From assembly GCA_040881685.1 (NCBI GenBank), contig JBBECS010000002.1:105287-169286 (forward strand): DNA of 64,000 nucleotides, written 5' to 3'. The stretch is from Acidimicrobiia bacterium. Lineage in GTDB: Bacteria; Actinomycetota; Acidimicrobiia; IMCC26256; PALSA-555. The position numbers and the translations under genes were made by a program. This document shows, in pieces, positions 37,520 through 46,196 of the stretch (its first letter is position 1; every line of letters starts with the position of its first letter). Under the pieces are notes generated by a model. That model saw only the letters and a program-made list of their open reading frames with translations. It searched no databases and was not told the origin of the DNA.

Positions 37520-38152
37520 ATGGCTTTCGACGAGGAAAAATTCGCCCGCTACGGCCTGCTTGCAGGAGTGGCCACCGCGGTGCTGTTCATCGTCAGCGGG
37601 TTCATCGCGGGGAGCCCGCCGATGGTCAGCGACACTGACAAGGAGATCCAGAAGTACATCATCGACAACCAGGACGCGCTCAAGATCTCGTCGTATCTCG
37701 GCGGTCTCGCGGCCCTGACGTTCCTCTGGTTCCTCGGGAGCCTGTACGGCCGGCTCCGCGCCAGCGAAGGTGGGAACGGTCGTCTCTCGCGCGTCGCGAT
37801 GATGAGCGGGGTCGTTGGGCTCTCGGTCGCCCTCGCTGGCAACGCTCTCGCCGCGCATGCGGCACTTCGTCCGAGCTTCGGGTTGTGGCGGCTCGCGAAC
37901 CAGTTCTACGGCTTCACCGGCTTCGCAATTGCGGTGTTCGTGGCGGCCGTGTCCGTCCTCATCTGGAGCAGTGGTCTGCTGCCGAAATGGTTCGGCTACG
38001 CCGGCGAAGCGATCGCGGTCGCCTTCTTGATCGGCGCCGCGAGCGTCGCCACCGAGAACGACACGATCGCGATCGTCGGGTTCGTCGCGTTCATCGCCTG
38101 GTCGATCTGGCTCGCAGTCCTCAGCGTGCAGCTCTACCGCAAGGACGCATAG
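37520..38152 (+). CDS. Integral membrane protein of unknown function
   Basis: AAAGGGGGA lies 5 nt upstream of ATG 37520. MAFDEEKFARYGLLAGVATAVLFIVSGF.. with about 6 TM spans. Confidence 0.7.
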   Translation: MAFDEEKFARYGLLAGVATAVLFIVSGFIAGSPPMVSDTDKEIQKYIIDNQDALKISSYLGGLAALTFLWFLGSLYGRLRASEGGNGRLSRVAMMSGVVGLSVALAGNALAAHAALRPSFGLWRLANQFYGFTGFAIAVFVAAVSVLIWSSGLLPKWFGYAGEAIAVAFLIGAASVATENDTIAIVGFVAFIAWSIWLAVLSVQLYRKDA

Positions 38153-38161
38153 CCGTCGAAC

Positions 38162-39892
38162 TCACGCGCGCAGGCGTCGGGCGGCGCGCGTCCCGCGAGC
38201 CGGGAAGCTCTCGGGGCGCACGCTCTCGGCGGCTGCCACCGCGTTCCACGCCGCGGCTGCTACCGCCGCGAACACAGCGTCTGACCCGCGCGCCAACGGC
38301 TCGCCGGCATCGTCGAGCACCGTCACGTCGATCGGCGGCGTGTCCTTGGCCCGGATCACGCCGAAGGACCGGATGGTGAGATCGAGCACCTCCCCGGTCT
38401 CGGGATCCACCGCGATGCTTTCGCTGAGCACCCAACCCAGCCCCATGTGCGCGGCGCCGATGCAATAGGACCGCAGCACCACCTCGTCGAGGGGGTCTCC
38501 GACCGCGACGCGCACTTCGACTCGTTCGAGCGTGCCCGTGGCCGGGTCCATGTGCACCCGTGCCCCCGCGACCGCGCCGCTCGGTGCCAACGCACACGTG
38601 TCGAGGAGCGCGTCGGCAACCCGCTCGTCGACCACGAGGTCCGATCGTGACGCACCAGCTTCCGAAAGCGCGCCTTCGAGCAACACCACCCGCTCGGCGA
38701 CACCCGTGCCGCGTGCCGCCGCGCCTACCGGGGGACCCGGCACCGATACCGCGGACCACGCGCCCATCTCGTCGATTCGATACGGCCACGCCGCGGGATT
38801 CTCGAAGGAGTCGAGGGCACCGGCGACGGTGCCTTCCATCCGGATCGTGGTGCCCTCCAGCACCGCGCTCGCCGCCATCGGCGGCCGCTTGGGTCCGCAG
38901 CGAACGACGTCCTCGCGCGACCAGATCGCCCGGACGGGCCGACCGAACCGGTCGGCGAGCTCGCGCGCGGCCGTGGTGACGGGCGATGTCGCCTTGCCGC
39001 CGAACGCGCCGCCGTTCGCGAGTGGCGTCTCGGGGGCGCCGCCGGGGGTGCACCAGGACGCGTCCGGCTCGAGGTAGGCCGGTTCGACCCATCCCGTCGC
39101 GAGCCGGACACCGCCGGGGCGTGCAGCAGGCAGTGGGATGGGCGCGCGCTGGTCGAGCGTCGTGCGCCGGCCCTGCACCTTCCCGGCTTGCTCGCGCGCC
39201 GCTTCGAGCGACTCCCCCACCACCCATTCGATGCCGGCGGCCTCCACCGAGCCCGCCGCCGATCCCGGCGCTCGCGGTACTGCCACGAGCGCGTCACGCG
39301 GCGCGGTGTCATCCGCGAAGCCGGCTGCACCCACGGGTACGTCGAGTCCGACGCGTTGCGCGACTCCCCCCTCGAGCTGGGCCCGTCGAGAGGCGGCGTC
39401 GAGGTCACGCGCCGGCGCCGCTTCGGGGCGCGGGGCCGCCGCGTCCTCGATGGCCTGCTGGACGGTGCACCACCCGGTGCACCGACAGAGATGAGCCGCG
39501 AGCGCGCGGTCGATGCTCACCCGATCCGTGCGGCCCTTCGTGGCGGCCGCGGCGGCCCGCACGACGATCCCCGGCGTGCAGAACCCGCATTGCGAGCCGC
39601 CCGACGCGACGAAGGCGTCCACCAGGCGATCACGCACCTGTGCGTCGAGACCTTCGATCGTGGTGACGCTGCGACCGGCGACTCTGGACGCGGCCGTGAC
39701 GCATGCCACCCGCGGCGCGCCGTCGACGAGCACGGTGCAGCATCCGCATTGACCCTGCGGCGCGCATCCGTCCTTCACCGAAACCAGGCCGAGGTGCTCG
39801 CGCAGCACCGAGAGCAGAGACTCTCCAGGGCTGACGTCGGCGTCGACCGTCGTGCCGTTGCAGGTGAACGTGACCCGATCCGACTTCGACAT
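38162..39892 (-). CDS. Fusion of a two-[2Fe-2S] domain with a compact xanthine dehydrogenase/aldehyde oxidase-type molybdopterin domain
   Basis: Start at MSKSDRVTFTCNG (ATG 39892). GCAPQGQCGCCTV..VAC and QCGFCTPG..HLCRCTGW cluster motifs, then GGAFGGK, WSREDV, RGTG, GLGWVLSE. About 410 aa follow the Fe-S part. Confidence 0.8.
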   Translation of the reverse strand: MSKSDRVTFTCNGTTVDADVSPGESLLSVLREHLGLVSVKDGCAPQGQCGCCTVLVDGAPRVACVTAASRVAGRSVTTIEGLDAQVRDRLVDAFVASGGSQCGFCTPGIVVRAAAAATKGRTDRVSIDRALAAHLCRCTGWCTVQQAIEDAAAPRPEAAPARDLDAASRRAQLEGGVAQRVGLDVPVGAAGFADDTAPRDALVAVPRAPGSAAGSVEAAGIEWVVGESLEAAREQAGKVQGRRTTLDQRAPIPLPAARPGGVRLATGWVEPAYLEPDASWCTPGGAPETPLANGGAFGGKATSPVTTAARELADRFGRPVRAIWSREDVVRCGPKRPPMAASAVLEGTTIRMEGTVAGALDSFENPAAWPYRIDEMGAWSAVSVPGPPVGAAARGTGVAERVVLLEGALSEAGASRSDLVVDERVADALLDTCALAPSGAVAGARVHMDPATGTLERVEVRVAVGDPLDEVVLRSYCIGAAHMGLGWVLSESIAVDPETGEVLDLTIRSFGVIRAKDTPPIDVTVLDDAGEPLARGSDAVFAAVAAAAWNAVAAAESVRPESFPARGTRAARRLRA

Positions 39893-39914
39893 GTCGAACG
39901 GGCAGGATAGGGGC

Positions 39915-40772
39915 ATGGTGCAACCGGCGATCTCCCGACGCGCGTTCCTTGCCGCTTCGGGTGGGCTGGCGATCGCAGCCACGGTGTGGCCCGAGATCGC
40001 GGGGGCACACGAAGAGCACAAACTCGGCAAAGGGCTCGGTGCGCTCGTGCTCTCGAGCGATCTGTACGCGTCACCAGAACCGCAGCGGTTCGTGTTCGGG
40101 CTCGGTTCCAAGCGCGGGTACGTGTCGGGTCCGCCGGTCAGCATCGGGTTCGTGCCACCGGAAACCACCGGAAAGGTGGACGTCACGCTCGACCCGACCC
40201 GTCTCTACAAGGCGGGGCTTCCCAAGGGCCGCGGTGTCTATGTCGCCGAACCGGTGCTCGACATACCCGGCGTGTGGCCGGGGGTCGCGCTCGTGAAGGA
40301 TCGCAAGATCGACCTCGCGATCGAGGTGAAGGAGGCACCCGACGCGCCACAACCCGGAACCGCCGCGTCGCGCGCGCCATCACCCACCGTGGCCGACACC
40401 CTCGGCGTGAAGCCGATCTGCACCCGCCAGCCGCGGTGCCCGCTGCACACCGTTTCGCTCTCCGAAGCGATCGGCGCGGGAACGCCGGTCGCAGTGCTCT
40501 TCGCGACGCCAGCCCGATGCCAGTCGCAGTACTGCGGGCCGGTGCTCGACACGTTGCTCTCGGTACGGGATGGCCACGAGGACGTCACGTTCGTGCACGT
40601 GGAGATCTATCTGAACAACAAGACTGTGGAGCTCGCTCCGACCTTGCAGGCATGGGGTCTGTTGAGCGAGCCGTGGCTCTTCACGGTCGACGAGACCGGC
40701 ACGATCGTGGGTGCGATCGACGGTGCCTTCGGGCGCGGCGAGATGGTCCAGCTGCTCGACGCGCTCGTCTGA
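39915..40772 (+). CDS. TAT-exported thioredoxin-fold-like protein
   Basis: MVQPAISRRAFLAASGGLAIAA twin-arginine signal, with AGGATAGGGG upstream. Also LFATPARCQSQYCGPVLD. Confidence 0.68.
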   Translation: MVQPAISRRAFLAASGGLAIAATVWPEIAGAHEEHKLGKGLGALVLSSDLYASPEPQRFVFGLGSKRGYVSGPPVSIGFVPPETTGKVDVTLDPTRLYKAGLPKGRGVYVAEPVLDIPGVWPGVALVKDRKIDLAIEVKEAPDAPQPGTAASRAPSPTVADTLGVKPICTRQPRCPLHTVSLSEAIGAGTPVAVLFATPARCQSQYCGPVLDTLLSVRDGHEDVTFVHVEIYLNNKTVELAPTLQAWGLLSEPWLFTVDETGTIVGAIDGAFGRGEMVQLLDALV

Positions 40773-40777
40773 CGCGA

Positions 40778-40805
40778 AGAGGCCCGCCGTTCCCGGCGAG
40801 CCTCT
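40778..40805. terminator. Hairpin between convergent genes
   Basis: AGAGGCCCGCCG-TTCC-CGGCGAGCCTCT (one mismatch). Confidence 0.5.
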
Positions 40806-40823
40806 CCCTGAATCTTTGGAACG

Positions 40824-41348
40824 TCAGCGACGCTTGCGGGTGGTCCGCCGCTTGGTCGCCTTCCGCTTCGCCGTCTTCTTGGCGGTCCGCTTCTTCGCGG
40901 GCCGACGCTTGGCCGTGCGCTTCTTGGTCGCCTTGCGCTTCGCCGTCTTCTTGGCGGTCCGCTTCTTCGCGGGCCGACGCTTGGCCGTGCGCTTCTTGGT
41001 CGCCTTGCGCTTCACAGCTTTGCGACGCGCGGGCGCCTTCCTCTTGGTCGCCTTGCGCTTCACGGCCTTGCGACGCGCGGGCGCCTTCCTCTTGGTCGCC
41101 TTGCGCTTCACGGCCTTGCGACGCGCGGGCGCCTTCTTCTTCTTGGCGGCCTTCTTGGCCGTGCGCTTCTTGGTCGCCTTCCGCTTCGCCGGCTTCGACG
41201 CCGCGGGTGCGGGCGACGGTGACGGCGGGGCGGGCGGCGGTGGAGGTGTCGACGGCGTCGAAGGCTCCCAGGGCCGCGGCGACGGTGGCGTCGGCGGGCT
41301 CGACGGCCCACCCCCGAGGGGTGGGTTGGGCGGCCAGGTGGATGACAT
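40824..41348 (-). CDS. Lysine/alanine-rich histone-H1-like repeat protein (N-terminal frame uncertain)
   Basis: 174-aa ORF whose C-terminal ~120 aa are KATKKRTAKRRPAKKRTAKKTAKR and KATKRKAPARRKAVKR repeats with G/C third positions. The first ~50 codons fit the neighbouring frame (ATG 41352) better. Confidence 0.55.
   Translation of the reverse strand: MSSTWPPNPPLGGGPSSPPTPPSPRPWEPSTPSTPPPPPAPPSPSPAPAASKPAKRKATKKRTAKKAAKKKKAPARRKAVKRKATKRKAPARRKAVKRKATKRKAPARRKAVKRKATKKRTAKRRPAKKRTAKKTAKRKATKKRTAKRRPAKKRTAKKTAKRKATKRRTTRKRR
40864..41151. repeat. Coding tandem repeats: 2 x 72 nt (identical) followed by 3 x 48 nt
   Basis: 40864-40935 equals 40936-41007 (72 of 72 by eye). 41008-41055, 41056-41103 and 41104-41151 differ by a few bases. 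Confidence 0.85.
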
Positions 41349-41479
41349 GCATCGCTCCCTTCAACCAGCGCGGCGCGTGACGTTCGCGAGATGCCGCGAA
41401 AGCGCGCTCAGCGTAACCCGAATGCACCGCGATTGGCGGCATTCCTCCGACGCGGGAAGGCGCGGGGAATGCGGGGCGG

Positions 41480-41836
41480 TCAGGAGAACGACTGGCCGCA
41501 GCCGCAGCTCTTCTGGGCGTTCGGGTTGCTGATCGCGAACCCGGCGTCCTGGAGCCCGTCCTTGTAGTCGAGCATCGCGCCCTTCAGCATCTGGAGGCTG
41601 GCGGGGTCGACCACGACCTTCACTTCTCCATGCTCGACCTCGAGGTCGTCGGCCGCGATCTCCGTGTCGAAGAACATCTCGTAGCTGAAGCCGGAGCAGC
41701 CCCCGGGGCGCACCGCGACGCGCAGCACGAGCCCGTCGCTCTCGTCTTCGGTTGCGATGAGGCTCTTGACCTTCGACGCGGCAGCGTCGCTGATCAAGAA
41801 CGTCTGGCTGGCGTCGGTGACGGTGAACATCGACAT
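41480..41836 (-). CDS. erpA: Iron-sulfur cluster insertion protein (HesB/IscA/ErpA family)
   Basis: 118 aa with GCSGFSY and C-terminal CGCGQSFS. Confidence 0.92.
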   Translation of the reverse strand: MSMFTVTDASQTFLISDAAASKVKSLIATEDESDGLVLRVAVRPGGCSGFSYEMFFDTEIAADDLEVEHGEVKVVVDPASLQMLKGAMLDYKDGLQDAGFAISNPNAQKSCGCGQSFS

Positions 41837-41869
41837 CGAACTCAGTCCTCTTCTTCTTGGTGTCGTCGA

Positions 41870-42538
41870 CTACTCATCAGGGTACCCGACGGCGACGGTG
41901 ACATGGCACGGCTCTGGGTCGTACAACGTGGAGAACTCCTCGACTGTTCCCCCTCCGACCTCGTCGACCACGCCCTCACACAGTCCGCGGTGCAAGTTGC
42001 AGACCAGCTCGGGGTAGGCCTCGGCGAGCTCGCGGAACGGGCAGTGGAGGAACTCGATGCGGGTGCCGCCTTCGGAGGTGCCGTTGCCCTGCTCAACCGA
42101 CGGTTCGAAGCCGAGACGATTCAACTCGGACTCCAGCGCGCTGAGGCACGAGCGCGATCGCGTGCGCCGCCCGGCTTCGACACCCCAGGCGTGACCGGTG
42201 TTCGCCGCGTCTTCGGCGTCAGCGCCCACGCGCTCACCCAGCGCGGCGAGCAGTCCGGCGAGCAGGGCATGCGCGGGCGGGTCGAACCCCAGCCCGGGCG
42301 CGCCAGCGGCGAGGAAATAGAGGTGCTGCGGGCGCCCCACGGTGCCGCGGTGCACCGCCTCGGCGTCGACCAGGCCGACGTCCTTGAGGCGTTCGAGGTG
42401 CAGCCGCACCGTGTTCGCGTGCACGCCGAGGCGGTCCGCGAGATCCTGCGCCGAGAGCGCGGCGGTCGACGACGCCAACTCGGCATATACGGCGTATCGG
42501 GTGTCGTCAGCCAGCGCTTTCAACACATTGAGGTCCAT
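41870..42538 (-). CDS. ArsR-type wHTH regulator with a Cys-containing C-terminal domain
   Basis: Start at MDLNVLKALADDTRYAVYAEL..LGVHANTVRLHLERLKDVGLV (ATG 42538). The C-terminus has CLSALE..FLHCPFRELAEAYPELVCNLHRGLCEG. Confidence 0.75.
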   Translation of the reverse strand: MDLNVLKALADDTRYAVYAELASSTAALSAQDLADRLGVHANTVRLHLERLKDVGLVDAEAVHRGTVGRPQHLYFLAAGAPGLGFDPPAHALLAGLLAALGERVGADAEDAANTGHAWGVEAGRRTRSRSCLSALESELNRLGFEPSVEQGNGTSEGGTRIEFLHCPFRELAEAYPELVCNLHRGLCEGVVDEVGGGTVEEFSTLYDPEPCHVTVAVGYPDE

Positions 42539-42544
42539 CAGTAC

Positions 42545-42625
42545 CCGCTCGCTCTCTGCGAGTCGGGATACCCGCCTCGCGGGCGTTCGCTCGCTGGGCG
42601 AGCTCTCTCGCTTGCGCTCGGTCGC
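42545..42625 (+). repeat. Intergenic repeat copy 3 (hairpin GCGAGTCGGG-ATA-CCCGCCTCGC, then CGCTGGGCGAGC)
   Basis: Begins 7 nt upstream of the ArsR-type gene start (42538). Aligns with copies at 7322 and 27005. Confidence 0.6.
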
Positions 42626-42692
42626 CGCACAGCGATTGACGGTAGCGCCAGGGGGGCATATTTTCAAGACAGACACTGTTTTTATTGACCCC

Positions 42693-43925
42693 ATGCAGAC
42701 ACCTGACCCGAACGACCCTGGCGCGCCCGTCCACGAGCCTGTGGCCGGCCCGGCGCCCGCCGCCGACGAGGTGCGCCGGATGCTCGCGGGCGTGATCGAC
42801 CCCGAGCTCCACGTGAGCATCGTCGAGCTCGGCATGGTCGACGACGTGCGGGTCGAGCCCGATGGCCACGTCACCGTCAAGGTCGCGCTCACGACCGCGG
42901 GATGCCCGCTGCGCGGCCAGATCAAGTCCGAGATCCGATCGAAGGTCCGCGGCCTTCCCGGCGTCCGTGCTGTCGACGTCGAGTACGGCGAGATGACACC
43001 CGAGCAGAAGACCGCAGCGATGCAACGCGCGCGCTGGAACGCGCGCGAGGGTGCGGAGCCGACCGAAGTGCCGTCGGGCACGCGAGTCCTCGCGATCGCC
43101 AGCGGCAAGGGCGGCGTCGGTAAGTCGTCCGTCACCGTCAACCTTGCAGCCGCGCTCGCGGCGCGCGGCCTGACCGTCGGCGTGCTGGACGCCGACATCT
43201 GGGGCTTCAGTGTGCCGCGCATGCTCGGCGTCGAAGGTCGCCTCGGCGGCGCCGACGGCAAGATCCACCCCAACACGGTGGAGGTCGCGAACCAATTCGA
43301 CCCCGGCGGTGCCCCCGGCCTGCTCAAGGTGGTGTCGATGGGGTTCCTCGTGGACGACGAGGGCACCGCGCTCATGTGGCGCGGGCTCATCCTCACGAAG
43401 GCGGTCGAGCAGTTCCTCACCGACGTGGGCTGGGGACCGATGGATTACCTCCTCATCGACCTCCCTCCGGGAACCGGAGACATCCAGATGGGCCTGGCGC
43501 GGATGCTCCCCCAATCGGAGCTGCTCGTCGTCACCACCCCGGCGGCCGCAGCGCAGCGGGTCGCGGTGCGCGCCGCCGACATGGCTCGGCGCTCGTACCT
43601 GAAGATCGTGGGGGTGATCGAGAACATGAGCGCGTTCGTCGCGCCGTCAGGAGAGCGCTTCGAGGTCTTCGGGGAGGGCGGCGGGTCCACCCTCGCCTCG
43701 GAGATCGGTGCACCGCTCGTGGCGCAGATCCCGCTCGAGCCGGCGGTCTCGCTCGGGAGCGACACGGGCCGACCGGTGGCGATCGACGACCCGAAGAGCC
43801 CCGCCGGCGCCGCGTTCCACGACCTCGCTGCGCGGATCGTGGACGACCTCGCGCCCCCGATCGAGATGGCCGGCTGCACGGCGCGAATCCTCGAGCTCGC
43901 CGAGCAAGCAGCGGCGAAGACCTGA
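42693..43925 (+). CDS. apbC: Mrp/ApbC/NBP35 Fe-S cluster carrier ATPase with an N-terminal DUF59-like domain
   Basis: Start at MQTPDPND (ATG 42693). VIDPELHVSIVELGMV, then IASGKGGVGKSSVTVNLA. Confidence 0.92.
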   Translation: MQTPDPNDPGAPVHEPVAGPAPAADEVRRMLAGVIDPELHVSIVELGMVDDVRVEPDGHVTVKVALTTAGCPLRGQIKSEIRSKVRGLPGVRAVDVEYGEMTPEQKTAAMQRARWNAREGAEPTEVPSGTRVLAIASGKGGVGKSSVTVNLAAALAARGLTVGVLDADIWGFSVPRMLGVEGRLGGADGKIHPNTVEVANQFDPGGAPGLLKVVSMGFLVDDEGTALMWRGLILTKAVEQFLTDVGWGPMDYLLIDLPPGTGDIQMGLARMLPQSELLVVTTPAAAAQRVAVRAADMARRSYLKIVGVIENMSAFVAPSGERFEVFGEGGGSTLASEIGAPLVAQIPLEPAVSLGSDTGRPVAIDDPKSPAGAAFHDLAARIVDDLAPPIEMAGCTARILELAEQAAAKT

Positions 43926-43926
43926 G

Positions 43927-44766
43927 CTAAGCGACCTTCCAGGCGGCGCGGGCGGTGGTGCCGACGACTTTGCGATCGGCCTTGAGCTTCACGAGGTGCG
44001 CATGGACCTGCCACCCCGCGGCCTCGATCAGCTCGGGCGGAAGATGGTCCTTGCCGTAGATGTCGCCCACGAGCTCGGCCACCTTGGCCCCGTCACGCTT
44101 CTTGAGGAGCCGGAGGACCTGTTGCTCACGCTGACGTCGGTGGGAGATGTAGTCGTCGAGGCGCACTTTGGGCTCTTCGATCATGTCACCGTGACCGGGC
44201 GCGATGCGACGCAAGCGCATCCGGCGTAACCGCTCGAGCGTCTTCACATAGACCGCCATGTCGCCGCCGCGCGCCGGGTTGACCACCGAGTACATCCCGT
44301 CGAGCACGGTGTCGCCCGTGAACAACACCCGTTCTTCCTCGAGAAGGAAGGACACGTGGTTCGGAGCGTGACCCGGCGTGTGGAGCACCTCGAGGCCGAA
44401 CTCGCTGCCCTCGATCGTGTCGCCTTCGGCGATCACTCGGTCGGGAACGATGTCGACGTCCTTCTCACGCTTCCCGAACATCAGCAGCTCAGCCTTCGTT
44501 GCCTTGACAAGTCGCTTGGTCGCGGGCCAGTGATCGGGGTGCGTGTGCGTGAGGAGGACCCAGCGGACTCGCTCCTTCATCGAAGCCCCGACGATCGCGT
44601 CGACGTGCGCCTTGTCGTCGGGGCCCGGGTCGATCACCGCGACCTCGTCGATCCCGACGAGATAGGTGTTCGTACCCGGCCCGGTGAACGGTCCCGGGTT
44701 CCTGGCCACGATGCGACGCACGAGTGGAGAGAGCGCGCTCGGGACTCCCGGCGTGAGGTCGGGCAT
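43927..44766 (-). CDS. MBL-fold metallo-hydrolase
   Basis: 279 aa with LLTHTHPDHWPA (HxHxDH) and HTPGHAPNH. Confidence 0.87.
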   Translation of the reverse strand: MPDLTPGVPSALSPLVRRIVARNPGPFTGPGTNTYLVGIDEVAVIDPGPDDKAHVDAIVGASMKERVRWVLLTHTHPDHWPATKRLVKATKAELLMFGKREKDVDIVPDRVIAEGDTIEGSEFGLEVLHTPGHAPNHVSFLLEEERVLFTGDTVLDGMYSVVNPARGGDMAVYVKTLERLRRMRLRRIAPGHGDMIEEPKVRLDDYISHRRQREQQVLRLLKKRDGAKVAELVGDIYGKDHLPPELIEAAGWQVHAHLVKLKADRKVVGTTARAAWKVA

Positions 44767-44873
44767 CAGAGCCCCCCGCGCACACGGGAAGTCGCCGCTT
44801 GGGGGGGCTTCACCCTCCCATTGTAGGAGTCGGCCCGGCGAGAACCGGCCGACCCGGACCTACGCTGGAACGC

Positions 44874-46196
44874 GTGAACGACCCACGTCGCGCGCTGCCG
44901 GCCGTGGATCGCGTGCTGCGCGCGCTCCACGGTCTGCCACACGAGCTGCTGGCGACGTGCGCGCGCGAGGCGATCGAGGCCGCGCGCGATGCGGCCGCCG
45001 AGGACCGGACCGTCGACGAGGCGTCCGTCATCGCCGACGCCTGTGAGCGTGTCGAAGCGCTTCGGCGAGGTCTGCTCCAACCCGTCGTCAACGCGACCGG
45101 GGTGATCGTCCACACGAACCTCGGGCGGGCCCCGCTGGCTCCGGAGGCACTCGGCGCGGTGGAGACGGTCGCCGCGGGCTACTCGAACCTCGAGTACCGC
45201 ATGCACGAAGGGCAGCGCGGCTCGCGGCACGACCACGCAGGCACCCTGCTGGCGCACGCGTGTGGCGCCGAGGCCGGGCTGGTGGTCAACAACAACGCGG
45301 CGGCCGTGCTGCTCTCGCTCGGCGCGCTCGCCCGCGGCCACGAGGTGGTGGTGTCGCGGGGCGAGCTGGTGGAGATCGGCGGTGGGTTCCGCGTTCCCGA
45401 CATCATGGCGGAGTCGGGGTGCCATCTCGTCGAGGTCGGCACCACGAACCGGACGCGCGTCGGCGACTACCAGGCCCAGCTCCGCGCCGAGACCGCGCTC
45501 GTGCTCAAGGTGCACGCGTCGAACTACCGCGTGATCGGATTCACCGAGGCCGCGTCGGTGGCCGAACTCTCGGTACTCGGGCCGCCGGTGATGGTCGACG
45601 CCGGTTCGGGCCTTCTCGACGACACCACCCCGTGGTTGCCGCACCGACCGACCTGGTTGCACGACGAGCCAGGCGTTCGCCAAGCGCTGGATGCCGGCGC
45701 GGCCATCGTCACGTTCTCGGGCGACAAGCTGCTCGGCGGACCGCAGGCCGGCGTGATCGTGGGCCGGGCCGACCTGGTGGCGACCATCGCGCGGCAACCG
45801 CTCGCCCGCGCCATGCGCGCCGACAAGATGACGCTGGCCGCGCTCCAACAGGTCGCGCTCACATACCTGTCGGGTGACGCGACGTCGATTCCGTTGTGGC
45901 GCATGGCCACGGCGTCACTTGAAGATCTGCGCGCCCGAGCCGAGCGCATCACAGCGAGCGTGCCGCGCACGAAGGTCGTCGATACCGAGGCGGTCGCGGG
46001 TGGTGGCTCGCTCCCCGGGCTGACGATCCCGTCGGTCGGCGTGGCGCTCGACGTGGCCGACGTCGACCAGGCGCTCGCCGCGTTGCGTGAGCACGGGATC
46101 GTCGCCCGCGCCGAGCGCGATGCCGTGGTCGCCGACCTCCGCACCGTCGACCCCGCCCACGACGACCGCCTCGCGGACGCGCTCCGGGGGAAATGA
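44874..46196 (+). CDS. selA: L-seryl-tRNA(Sec) selenium transferase
   Basis: VNATGVIVHTNLGRAPL and FSGDKLLGGPQAG (PLP lysine). Start chosen at GTG 44874 (VNDPRRALPAVDRVL); the track start at 44799 is possible. Confidence 0.92.
   Translation: MNDPRRALPAVDRVLRALHGLPHELLATCAREAIEAARDAAAEDRTVDEASVIADACERVEALRRGLLQPVVNATGVIVHTNLGRAPLAPEALGAVETVAAGYSNLEYRMHEGQRGSRHDHAGTLLAHACGAEAGLVVNNNAAAVLLSLGALARGHEVVVSRGELVEIGGGFRVPDIMAESGCHLVEVGTTNRTRVGDYQAQLRAETALVLKVHASNYRVIGFTEAASVAELSVLGPPVMVDAGSGLLDDTTPWLPHRPTWLHDEPGVRQALDAGAAIVTFSGDKLLGGPQAGVIVGRADLVATIARQPLARAMRADKMTLAALQQVALTYLSGDATSIPLWRMATASLEDLRARAERITASVPRTKVVDTEAVAGGGSLPGLTIPSVGVALDVADVDQALAALREHGIVARAERDAVVADLRTVDPAHDDRLADALRGK

Noticed and set aside
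38121-39227. 368-aa and other R-rich alternative-frame ORFs over the Fe-S/Moco gene
   Set aside because: Arg/Gly/Pro-rich, out-of-frame shadows of the real minus-strand gene.
40864-41151. Tandem repeats considered as a CRISPR array or non-coding VNTR
   Set aside because: The repeats are directly adjacent with no spacers, have periods of 72 and 48 nt (multiples of 3), and encode a lysine-rich peptide with strong GC3. They are coding repeats, not CRISPR.
44770-44809. AGCCCCCC...GGGGGGCT hairpin upstream of selA, considered as a SECIS-like or regulatory element
   Set aside because: It is intergenic and not downstream of an in-frame TGA. Stems made of homopolymer runs form easily by chance in GC-rich DNA. 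It is mentioned only as context.
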